DNA of 64,000 nt from positions 98,582,001 to 98,646,000 of the forward strand of contig NW_024704742.1 of the NCBI RefSeq assembly GCF_018977255.1. Reading direction: 5' to 3'. The position numbers and the translations under genes were made by a program. Under the pieces are notes generated by a model. That model was not told the origin of the DNA and did no database searches. It was given only the letters and a program-made list of their open reading frames with translations. The DNA is from Callorhinchus milii (lineage: Eukaryota). Shown here piece by piece: positions 53,769 through 64,000 of the stretch; position 1 is the first letter of the stretch; each line of letters opens with the position of its first letter.

Positions 53769-54319
53769 CATTTTGCCCACAAAATATATAGTCAATTCAC
53801 TTTACAATTTAAGTATATTCTGTGAAGCACTTTGAGATGTCTCATAGATGCGATAAGGTGCTATATCAAATGCAAGAATTATTATTATTATTTCAAAGCT
53901 TTACAAAGTTCTTGTACGATATTGAAAAGTTGTCAAAATCCTTCCCAGGGCATCAAATGGCAAATTCAGAACTAAAACTACTACTAATAATAATCCTTGC
54001 ACCTTATCACATCTTCGAGACGTTTCAAAGCACTTCACAAAATATACTGTAAAGTGAATTGACTGTATATTTTGTGAGCAAAACGTGGCAGCCAATTGCG
54101 CACAGCAGTGTCCAACAAACAGTCGTGGATTGAGTGACCACATTATTATTTATTTATCTATGAAGGAATTATTAACCCCGGAAAAGCGATCCATCCATTT
54201 ACTAACAACCGTGTTCCTTCACTGCTAGATAAACAAAGGCATGTGGAAACTTGCCTAATGTTTTGCCTCGGTGGGAATCAAACCCAGGTCTCTCACTTGC
54301 GAGTGGAGTACTCTAACCA
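53769..54319. mobile_element. Tail-to-tail SINE pair: 3' half (+, 53769-53892) and long-subtype family A (-, 53985-54319)
   Basis: Mutually complementary SINE tails about 92 nt apart. Confidence 0.85.
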
Positions 54320-55299
54320 AAATGACACAACAAATATAAGGCTGATGGGATTCATTTAATATTCTGTAACATGGGGTCATTGATAAATATCTTGTTGATT
54401 ATCATTATTAACAAATACAAAAAAAGTCTCTCCACTTCAATGTAATGTTAATGGAACAAATTAGCTCTTGGTTTTCTGGTACCTTTCCTCTAAAAGTACT
54501 TTGGAATGAGTCCAATTTATTTATTTTCAATAATTTCAATAAACCCTGAGAAAATGTAGAGCTCAAAGAATGTGTTACTAGAGTAGAAGATCGTCACATG
54601 AAACTATTGCTATTTATCTTTATGTACAACCAACTAGATTTCATATTCATAACGCTGCATTTCAAAAATTTACACAAAATTAGATTACATTCAGATATGA
54701 ATTACCAATGTTTATCCATGCTCTTAGAAGATTGAATGCAGTAATGCAAATAACACTAAAAGTGACCTTTACAAACTTTTTTTCTTAACTCGGACAGCAG
54801 CTTTCCATTTGTCCTCCTTAATAAAGTTGTGCTTAATTATCTCCATATTTCTGCTGGAACTGTTTGGCTTTGAAAGCTACAATCTACCTCAAAGTTCCAC
54901 TTGGAAAGGGAGACTTGTACAATGGGATTAGACCAGCTTGTTAATGCAGCCCATATTATAAAAGGCTGAAATCCTGCTCAAGTTTTATATAACTGTTCCA
55001 ACAACTAGTTTATTTTCCAGCAAATAATCAAGTGGAAAAAGATTAAATAATGTTTTATTTTACCCTTCAGGCACTGTTGGTACAGTACTTTGTAATCCCT
55101 GGAAAAGATATTTCAAATCAAACCATTTCAAAATAAGCACCCAGTTCCCTTTATAGAGTTTGAAAATTGCCAAATAATATTTAGAAGTAATGATGTTCCC
55201 TAATACTGATCAGTAAAATAGGTCTATTTATAGAGGTCTATTCTGTGCACCTGTTACAGTTGATGGAAATGGATAGACAAAAGTCCAGGAAGTAGACAA

Positions 55300-55600
55300 A
55301 ATACCACAAACAGCCATGAAGTCAATGAACAATTTTATTGGGGGATTGTTGGCCAGGACACCAGAAGAAACTCTTCTCTTTTCGAATAGTGCCTTGGGAT
55401 CTCTAACATCCACCTGAACAGATGGTAGTTTCTGCTTTAACGTTTCAAGTCGAAGGACGGCACCTCCAACAATGCAGCACAACCCCAACACTGCACTGGA
55501 GTTTCCTCTTAAAACTATGTGAGTTAAAAGTCCTGAAGTGAGGCTTGAACCCACAGCCTTCTGACTGAGGCAAGAGCGCTACCACCTGAGTCAGACTGAC
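55300..55600 (-). mobile_element. SINE family B
   Basis: Reverse complement of Deu-like core and head. Confidence 0.85.
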
Positions 55601-56544
55601 ACATTTTGTGCTTTGTATAAATTGACTAGGCTACGAAGTAACCTTTACAGTAAATACTGTGAAGAGCTTTGATGTAGTCTTTTGTCATGAAAAGCACTGC
55701 ATCAACTGCAAGGATTATTTGTTTAAGTGATGGCCTTATTAACATGCCTCCTTTGCGCTGATCAGTTACACTGCCTGCACTCATTGGGCACTCCTGCTTT
55801 CTTCACAATCCAGAGCACAATTACGCATGACCAGCACATACATCCTGAAGCACTCCGAGATGCCATCCCACGAAGGTGGCTACATTAAAAATTGTTGTTG
55901 TTGTTGAATCTTAAGGGGCAAGTGCACAATCTGAGTAATATCTTAAAGTGCAGTGACATTGCTATCCTTTCCGAAGCCCAACATTTTTCATGATTATAGC
56001 CTTAGGCTCATTGCTTTAAAATTCCAGGCAAGGTTTGGAAATGTCTTATTTAAATGTTAATTGGAAGCTGCTTTAAGAACTGTGTAAAACTAGCTTCTAA
56101 ACTAAGGTTCAATTTTTTTTTAAAAATCTAAATTCTCATGATCTTAAGTTTTAAGAGGAGGTCCTAAGTTTAAAACTATGAGAACTCTTTGGGCTTCTAA
56201 TGTTGCAGATTCTGCGGTATTGTGTTATTCCAAGATATGTGAAAGGAGAACATTAACAACCATGTGGTAGAATCCCAGACACTGATTTGGATGATACAAA
56301 TTACAGTGGATTTGGGTTACAGAACATCATTACCAGAGATGATCGGTCACCAATCGTCTATTATGGCCAAGGTTAAGTAAAACATATTTAAATTTGATCT
56401 GTATCTTGGTGGCACTTCGTGCTCTGAAATCAGGTTGAGGCTCAAACCAGCCAACAACAATTTAGATTTTAGCACCTTTCAAGATTTTTGACCCATAGAA
56501 AGACAAATTGACAATTGATGAAATTCAATCCTGAAACAAACTTC

Positions 56545-56788
56545 AAAAACTCTGCCCCTAAACTCTGGAATTCCATCCCCCAATCACTCCACCTCGTCCA
56601 TTCCTTAGATTCCTTCAAGTCCTGCCTCAAAACCCTCCTCTTCAACCATGCCATCGGTCACCCCCCTTCCCCTCCCCTCCCTTCTCCCTCCCTGATCCCA
56701 GCTCAGGTCTGAAATGCTGTACGCTGTCCAGCGCCTTGGGATGTCCTCCCGACGTGAAAGGCGCTATACAAATGCAATCTTGTTGTTG
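56545..56788 (+). mobile_element. L2 LINE 3' terminal fragment
   Basis: APKLWNSIP...FKSCLKTLLF, stem-loop and (GTT) tail; closely matches the reverse complement of 34545-34770. Confidence 0.9.
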
Positions 56789-57435
56789 CATATATTAATG
56801 GCTTGCAGTCTTTTGACCTGTTCCAAATGACTCAATTGTATTACCATGAATAAGATATTTGTTCACCATTAAAAAACAGAAACAGAAGCTTCCTGATAGC
56901 AAGAAAAGTAGCATTGATATATATGCGAAGAGGGGAAAGTGAAGCAATAAACATACGTTGTTATCAATAGGATGTTTCTTGGAACAGATGTTCTTATAAT
57001 TCACTGTAGTGAGAATCAGAAGCCTGGAATTCCATTTGGTCCATTTAAATTCATGAATTGTCAATTTGAGTTTCTATGCAGTAAAATTTGTGAAAGGTGC
57101 TATATAAATCTAAATTGACCATAGTCTTAACATTAAACATTACGCAGAAATATAAAAAAAATCTTAAACTCAGAAGCCAGCTTTCCTTAAAGAGCTGCAA
57201 GAAAGCTTCCCAACTGAGCCTCAATATAAGAAATTTCCAAAAATCATTAAAAATCTTAATTAATTTGTTTTCACAATGGTTTTAAAATTAAGGTTGATAC
57301 TACATGGAATTCCAGCCCACAGCAAACCTAAACTCCCAGTGCAGTAAACTGCAACAGGCACCAAAATGTAATGTAGCAAAGTTCTGGTGCTAAAACGATA
57401 AAATACTGTGCAAGAAAAAAAAATGCCCAGTTTAC

Positions 57436-57545
57436 CTGTATTTTTTCCTCAGCCTTTTGAGAGCATAACATCATGATACTAAATGTCAATGTTGTTATCA
57501 ATCCACCGAGAAAACTCTGTAAAATAATACTTAGCATAACTGCAC
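57436..57545 (-). CDS. MFSD3: MFSD3 penultimate coding exon (110 nt)
   Basis: Acceptor tctctcctAG, donor CAG|GTAAAC. Encodes (G)AVMLSIILQSFLGGLITTLTFSIMMLCSQKAEEKIQ, similar to recalled MFSD3 [22 protein letters not shown]. Ends in phase 0 and splices in frame to 48805. Confidence 0.92.
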
Positions 57546-59269
57546 CTAGGAGAGACATAAAATAAATTTTAATTAAAATGTTTTATTGATACTTTGAAAG
57601 ACAACAAGCAAAGAAGCACTTTTTTTAAAAAAATCTTCTCCTATGACATATTTTGCTTTAAAACTCAGGATCCAATGCCTCAAAGCAAACACCTGTTATT
57701 GCAGAAGATCAAAAGTCCTGAAGTATTATTTCAGAGATGAAAAAAGCATAAAACACTGTAATTTTATGACAAAACCAGGAAGTGATTTGAGAATTCATCT
57801 AATTGAATCTGAACTATAAAATGGTCTGATTAAAAAAGCTGCCTGTCACTTAGTTGTCAGGTGTGAGGCAGAGATTAAGTTTCATGAAACCTAAATGCCC
57901 AGCAGTATTTTGTGTCACTTCACTTGAAATGAAAAAAAAACCTTCTTGGTTAGAATATTCAAGATCGTTATGTGTGGTCTTACCACTGAGCTCTTTGGTT
58001 GATGTTATGGAAACTGTTGGAGTGACAAGAGGTGAATTTGATATCAATTATTTCATCTTCCTGAGTGAGCTACAACTATTCACCTCTTATGCACATTATC
58101 CATATGAATATCCTTATTTATTCAGACTTGTAAACTATTTTCCTATTATGCCCTTTAGTATTCAATGCCACGGGGATTACCTCCCAGGCGGCCAATAGAA
58201 AAGCCTTGTTAGCTGATTTTAGACGATTTCAGCATTTTCCATTAAATTAGAATAATCCAGTATAACACCCCACAGATGTCGGTTAAATGTTGCAGACAGC
58301 GGTGTATCGGTCCCTTGATTCTGACAAAAATACAAGCAAATTCTCTGATTGAATTTAGTTAGGAAACAAATTGCAGCAATGAACATCAAAATCACAGTGG
58401 CAAATGTCAAAATCACCGTTACAAAAGTCAAAATTGTTGCAGAAACTAAGGTAGAGAGAGAGAAACCGCAAGAAGATGAATGCTTTGGCAGGAGACTATA
58501 TGACCAAAAGTAATTTTATGAATAAGCCTCAAATACCCAGATAATCAGGAGATGGATGTGTAACATTAGCAATTTACACAGTATATCCATCACCAAAAGA
58601 ACTCAGAAAAATGCATTCAAATATGTAAGCAATGCAGTCAAATAATGTTAGAAAAGATTAAGACATCTGGCATACATATGTGGAACTCTCAGTCTGGTTT
58701 AGATACTCTTAAGCATGGTGATGGGTTTCTTCTGCAAGTGTCAGGCACCCAGCTGACAAAATAAAATACTTCAACTTTTTGTGAAAGCATTCTTAAATGT
58801 TTCAAATAACTGTTTCAAGAGGAAACTTATGGGCTTTGCCATAGTCTCTCTTTTTGAAATAAAACATTCTCCTGGACTTTTGACAATCACTGATTTGATC
58901 TGGATACAAGATCAGTACTCTATGCACAGCCAACATAGCGATATTTCCTTTTAAGTAAGTATGAGGCAAAGGTTAGTACTGTGATTTCCTATGAAAAACT
59001 GCTACCACAGAGCTTGAAACTCACTAATCCTTTGCGTCAAAGCAAGGGAGAATGGAACTGTAGAACCACAGAAATGTGGTGAGGAAGAAGGCCATTCGGT
59101 CCATCGTGTCTGTGCCAGCTCCTTCAATAGCAATCCTTTCAGTCTCACTTACCTGCCCTTTTCATATACCCCTGTAAAGTGGAGTAACAGTTTTGAAAGA
59201 ATAAAGATATTTTAAGACCACACAAATCTTTAGATTTCAATTTTTTTACTTTTTTTTAAACCAAATGAA

Positions 59270-59535
59270 AATAATAATAATAATCCTTGCATTTGATATA
59301 GCGCTTTTCATGTCTTCTAGACGTCCCAAAGCGCTTCACAAAATATACTGTAAAGTGAATTGACTGTATATTTGTGGGCAAACGCGGCAGCCAATTGCGC
59401 ACAGCAATGTCCCACAAACAGTCGTAGATTGAAAATGACCAATTTATTAGTGTTTTTTTTGGAGGGATTATTATTAGGCGTGTGGAGTAAGGAAACTTGC
59501 CCAAGGTTTCGCCCTGCCGGGAATTGAACTCAGGT
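59270..59535 (-). mobile_element. SINE family A (short, young), 5' truncated
   Basis: Near-identical to the other young copies; ends within the tRNA-like head. Confidence 0.95.
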
Positions 59536-59919
59536 TCATGGTCTTGCCCCTCCTACCTCTCTGACCTGCTGACTCCCTACCATGCTGCCCACTCCCTCCG
59601 TTCAGCGGGCTCCGGCCTGCTCCATGTCACCCGCCCAACCCTCCCTACCATCGGTGGACGGGCTTTCAGCCTCTCTGCCCCCACACTCTGGAACTCCATC
59701 CCACGGTCCCTTCGTCTCACTTCCTCCCTTGCCTCCTTCAAGGCCGGTCTCAAGACCCTTCTCTTCAACCGTGCCTTTGGTCTCCCTCCCACCTCTCTAC
59801 CATCCCTCCCCCATGCTCGGGCCCCACCCACCTGACTATTCAGCGCTTTGGGACGTCCTCCCAACGTGAAAGGCGCTCTATAAATGTCATTTTGTTGTTT
59901 TTGTTGTTGTAGTAGTAGT
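59536..59919 (+). mobile_element. L2 LINE 3' fragment (young), fused head-to-head to the SINE
   Basis: PSYLSDLL...LRS...GGRAFSLSAPTLWNSIP...FKAGLKTLLF, stem-loop, (GTT)n tail. Confidence 0.95.
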
Positions 59920-60429
59920 TCCAGACTCACCCACGGGGGGACATGAAGCAGGCTAGTATTTATTGAGTGGAGGGAACGGGCGGGACAACAGAGTCGCAGG
60001 AGGTTTCAGAGGATGGAGTGAGGCAATGGGAGCTCAATTAAATTACTTTTCTTATCCATTTGATCTTAATAAACATATGATTCTCAATGTTATTAATGGC
60101 TATTAATCTGAATGTACTGAATTATCAACAATTACTATTTGTAACAACTCCAATGAAGAGAATTGTTCTTCTCACACAATCCTACTGGGGCTAATATGGA
60201 GTCAACTTGTGGTAAATACAGAGAGAAAGAGATAAGGGAACACACAGGGGAAAGAAAGCCAAGATGCAAGTTTAAAAACCTTGTGACAACATGACTCTTT
60301 GTGGAAAAAATGGTTAAAAATTTAAATAAATCATTTTAACCGATTTGCAGCATTTTCCTGCTGAGAGGTTACAAAACCTCACCGCCAAAGATACCCGAGC
60401 TTAGCCCCATCTAAGAGGAGCAATGACAC

Positions 60430-60830
60430 AGACCCAGGGACAGAATCCATGTCTGACTTCTCAGTTGTCCCAGTACAGCCTCCTGAGGCACCTCACTTAA
60501 TACTTCCCCAAGGTTTGATCTAACTCCCCTAAGAACTACCCAGAGCTTCCTTCCCTTCAGCCACCTCTTGCCTTTGATACCCAGTGACATCAGTACGTGA
60601 ATGAACCATGCATGCGGTACTTCGACAAACACAAAATTTATTATAGTACATACAATGTTATAATTTTATCCGACAGAATATAACATTAAGCAGCCTCGAT
60701 TGTATGAAGGTCAGACTAATGGGTCTTTAATTGCCAGGTATGATTCTGTCACCTTTTGTTGAATATAGGGACCACAATATGATTGCTTCCAGTCTGTTGA
60801 AACTTCACCAGTAGTGAACAACTCCATCAT
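60430..60830 (-). mobile_element. Decayed CR1 RT fragment
   Basis: DWKQ..VPIF..GDR..PGN.RPISLT and VPH...LGIKGK.WLKGRK...SEVPQEAVLG motifs. Confidence 0.75.
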
Positions 60831-61244
60831 GTCTGTCTATCAGCGTAGCACAAGTCTTCTATCTTGTCTCTCTTTATGTACCCTAGGGTACAGTTCATCT
60901 TTCCTGGAAGTTTGTTGGTTTTTCAGTCCCTTGAGCTGAACCTCAGCCATGTCAAAGCATGCAATCATACAAGTGTGTGAGGCTTTGAGAGAGTGCATGT
61001 GACCATGTGAGAGAAGGTGTGAGATAGAGTGTATGCGTGTGTGCATGTGTGTATAAACGTGTGTGAGTGAATTTATAAGAGCATAGGAACATACGAACAG
61101 GAGTAGGCCAAGAAAATAAGTTTTCCAACAAGTACAGTTAAGAGAAAAATATAACTTGAGGTTTTGCTGTACAAAAACTTTTTTTTGAAAAAAAAAGTAA
61201 ACTTTTTATTAAAAAAATCTCTCAAGTCAGACAGCACAAGGTGA

Positions 61245-61513
61245 GAAACACAGAAACTGGAGTAGGCCATTCAGCCCCTCCAGCCTATTCTGCCATTCTA
61301 TAAGATCATGGCTGATTTGTATCTCAACTCCAAGTATCTGCCCTTACCCCATATCCGTTGATACTCGTACCTAACAAATATCTATCCACACAGTCTTGTA
61401 AATGTGAATGGATCCAGCATCCACAGCCTTTTGGGTGGGGAGAGAGTTCCAGATTTCCACTACCCTTCGGGTGTAAAAGTGCCTCCCAATGCCACTCCTA
61501 AATGGATTACCTC
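61245..61513 (-). mobile_element. CR1 3' end
   Basis: GGAGTAGGCCATTCAGCCCCTC...GATCATGGCTGAT...GAGAGTTCCAGATTTCCACTACCCT, typical reverse CR1 terminus. Confidence 0.75.
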
Positions 61514-61524
61514 AGGTTTACCTG

Positions 61525-61700
61525 AGTTGGGAGCGGAGTCAGGAGAGCGCGGGGCGGAGCCGAGGCCCAGCTGCGGGTATAAAGCCCAGCCAGGTGAGGA
61601 GCCACTCAGTTGTGAGCGGAATCAGGAGAGCGCGGGGGGGCAGGGGGGTAAGTGACGGGGCGGCGCGATTCACAAAGTGACGTTGGCGTGACGTCACGAT
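61525..61700 (+). promoter_or_regulatory. CpG-rich promoter-like segment upstream of the L2 ORF
   Basis: GGGGCGG boxes, TATAAAG at 61578-61584, palindrome CGTGACGTCACG (CRE) at 61687-61698, duplicated 30-mer at 61525 and 61608. Confidence 0.5.
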
Positions 61701-61878
61701 TAAAAAAAGCAGCGGCAGCTACAACAACAATGTCCTGGCAGCCCCAGCCACTGCCATCCCAGCCATGACCTGGGAGGCTGAGCCTGAGGGCTGATGCCGT
61801 CCTGCTGATCGCTCGCTCCTAGTCTCTGCGTGCGCGTTTTGGCTGCTGCCCCGACCCGAGCCTCCCCCTCCACTCTAA

Positions 61879-64000
61879 ATGTCTCTCCTACCACCCCCCT
61901 CTATCCGCTACTCCCCCTCTGTCCTTCTCTCCCACCGCCCTCCCCGCCTTCTCTGTCTCCTTGACCCAATCACCACTTCCCTCTGCTCCAGCCTGGGCAC
62001 CCTCCGCCGGGCCCATCGTGGCTCCCGGCACTGGCTGTCCCAGAGCAGCAAACCCACGTGTCCAATCATTCACTCCCTCCGCTCAAACCGCCTCCTTAAG
62101 GCAAAGCCAACTTCCCCCTCACTCATACATACCCTCCCCAACTCTCCACTCACACCACTCTCCACAACCATCTCTTCTGTACACCCCAAAAACCTCTCCG
62201 CACCACTCTCTCCTCCCTCCTGCAAACCCACCTGCATTTCCCTCCAAAATGTCCGTTCCCTCTCAAATAAAGCCCTCACCATCCACAACTTCATCCTGGA
62301 CGAGCACTTTGACATTCTTGGGCTCACCAAAACCTGGCTCTCCCCCAATGACCCTGTCCCCCTAGTGGAAGTCTCCCCTCCAGGCTACACCTTCCACCAC
62401 ACCCCCAGTCCAAACCAACATGGCGGCGGGGTGGCCTTCATTTCCAAAGCCTCCCGTGGTCTTATCCCCTACTCCTCTGGCAGCTTCCCCTCCTTCGAGC
62501 ACCTCACCCTCTTCCACCGCTCTCTCCCATTGAAAATCCTCCTTTTCTACCGCCCCCTAAGCACCCCCGGCTCCTTCCACACAGACATCTCTACTCTCCT
62601 CTCTTCTCTGTCCCTCTGCTCCGAGCGCCTGCTCATAATGGGCGATTTCAACCTCCACCTAAACTCCCCTTGCACTACTTCTGCTGATTTCACTGCCCTC
62701 CTCCCTAAACCTCACCCTTCATATAAACTCACCTACACACAACTGTGGTCATGCACTTGACCTCGTCATCACCCACGGCCTTGACGTTTCCGACCTCAGC
62801 ATAGTGGACAAGGCCATCTCGGATCACTTCCTCATCTCCTTCCCCTCTCACATCCCTCCTCCACCAAGCCCTCAACCTTCCTCTACCGCCCTTGGAAAAG
62901 GCTACCCCCTGAGACCCTCACAAAGGCCTCTCATCATCAAACATCCTATCCGTCGGGCCTTCCATCCGCGGAGATCCTGAAGCAGCCGTCCAGCTGCTCC
63001 TTGATCACCTCTGCTCCACCTTCAACTCCCTCGTGCCTCTGAAATCCATCTCTAAACCCACCCGATCCCCCTGGTGCAACAACCATGTCCGCCGTCAAAA
63101 AACCCAAACCCAGCTGCTCGAGTGCAGATGGCAGAAAACTGGCCTGACAGTTCACCGCCAACTGTGGCTCGAGCAGCTCCACAGCTATTGTCATTCTTTG
63201 ACATGCACAAAAACGGCCTTCTACTCCAACATCATCTTAGAGGCTAAACACAACCCTAAAATCCTTTTTTCCACCACCCACTACCTCCTCCATGCCCCCC
63301 CTCAGGCCTCCTCAATCTTCAAATCAAATGCGAAGTGCGAGAAGGTCATGTACTTATTTTCATTTAAAATACATAACATCCACCAGGCAGCTTCATCCAC
63401 CTGGCCCTTGTCACCCGGCACCACGCCCTCTCTGTACCCCTCACCTTCCTCATCATCTGCTCCTATCACCACCTCCATTCTATATTCCTTCCTCCCCATC
63501 TCTCCCTCCTCCCTGTCACCCACCATCACCTCTATGAAACCCACCACCTGCTGCCTCGAGCCCTCCTCACCAACTTGCTGGTCACCCAGCTCCCTCTCCT
63601 CTTCCCACTATTGGCTGACATCATCAAACAGTCCCTCTCCTCCGGATCAGTCCCTGCCTCCCTCAAAACTGCTGTCATCACCCCCCTCCTCAAAAAACCT
63701 TCCCTAGATCCCTCAAACCCCAGCCACTATCGCCCTATTTCTAACCTGCCCTTCCTCGCAAAAGTCCTAGAATGCATTTTTGCGCACACCTCTCCTCCCA
63801 CTCCATCTTCAAACCCCTCCAGTCCGGTTTCCGCCCACAGTACAGAGACTGCGTTTGTGAAAGTCATAAACGACATCCTCTCTATCTGTGACCAGGGCTC
63901 CCTCTGCCTCTTTGTCCTACTGGACACCTCTCCGCCGCCTTCGACACAGTCCATCATGCCATCGTCCTCCACCGTCTGTCCTCCGTCATCCACCTCAATG
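61879..64000 (+). mobile_element. L2-clade LINE ORF (APE endonuclease + start of reverse transcriptase), frameshifted, runs off window
   Basis: LQNVRSLSNK, ILGLTKTWL, GGGVA, FYRP, IMGDFNLH, GHALDLVIT, SDHFLI (APE); PLLKKPSLD...YRPISNLPFLAKVLE, QSGFR, ETAFVKVINDI (RT); several frameshifts. Confidence 0.95.

Noticed and set aside
58219..58431. Hydrophobic minus-strand ORF as a possible further MFSD3 exon
   Set aside because: Generated by a 21-bp degenerate tandem repeat; no MFSD3 similarity or convincing splice sites

Overview
Repeat-dense vertebrate genomic DNA, not prokaryotic. The SINE, L2 and CR1 content suggests a cartilaginous fish (inference). The only gene I can identify is the 3' end of MFSD3 on the minus strand: penultimate exon 57436-57545 and last coding exon 48617-48805; I found no upstream exons inside the window. 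A self-consistent but unidentified plus-strand two-exon candidate (1036-1160 with a GC donor, then 11166-11326) may be the 3' end of a convergent gene. The rest is largely retroposons. These include two SINE families that share an L2-derived 3' stem-loop, L2 LINE fragments (one apparently 5'-complete, single-ORF copy running off the right edge), nested CR1 fragments, and a seven-copy repeat whose longest copy carries a CCHC zinc knuckle marking it as another LINE's 3' end. There are also palindromic MITE-like relics and a possible non-autonomous Helitron. Most ORFs in the supplied track are repeat-derived or spurious. I see no clear novel multi-gene system; the best leads are listed as findings. 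Repeat boundaries are approximate and family names come from recalled consensus features, not database searches.
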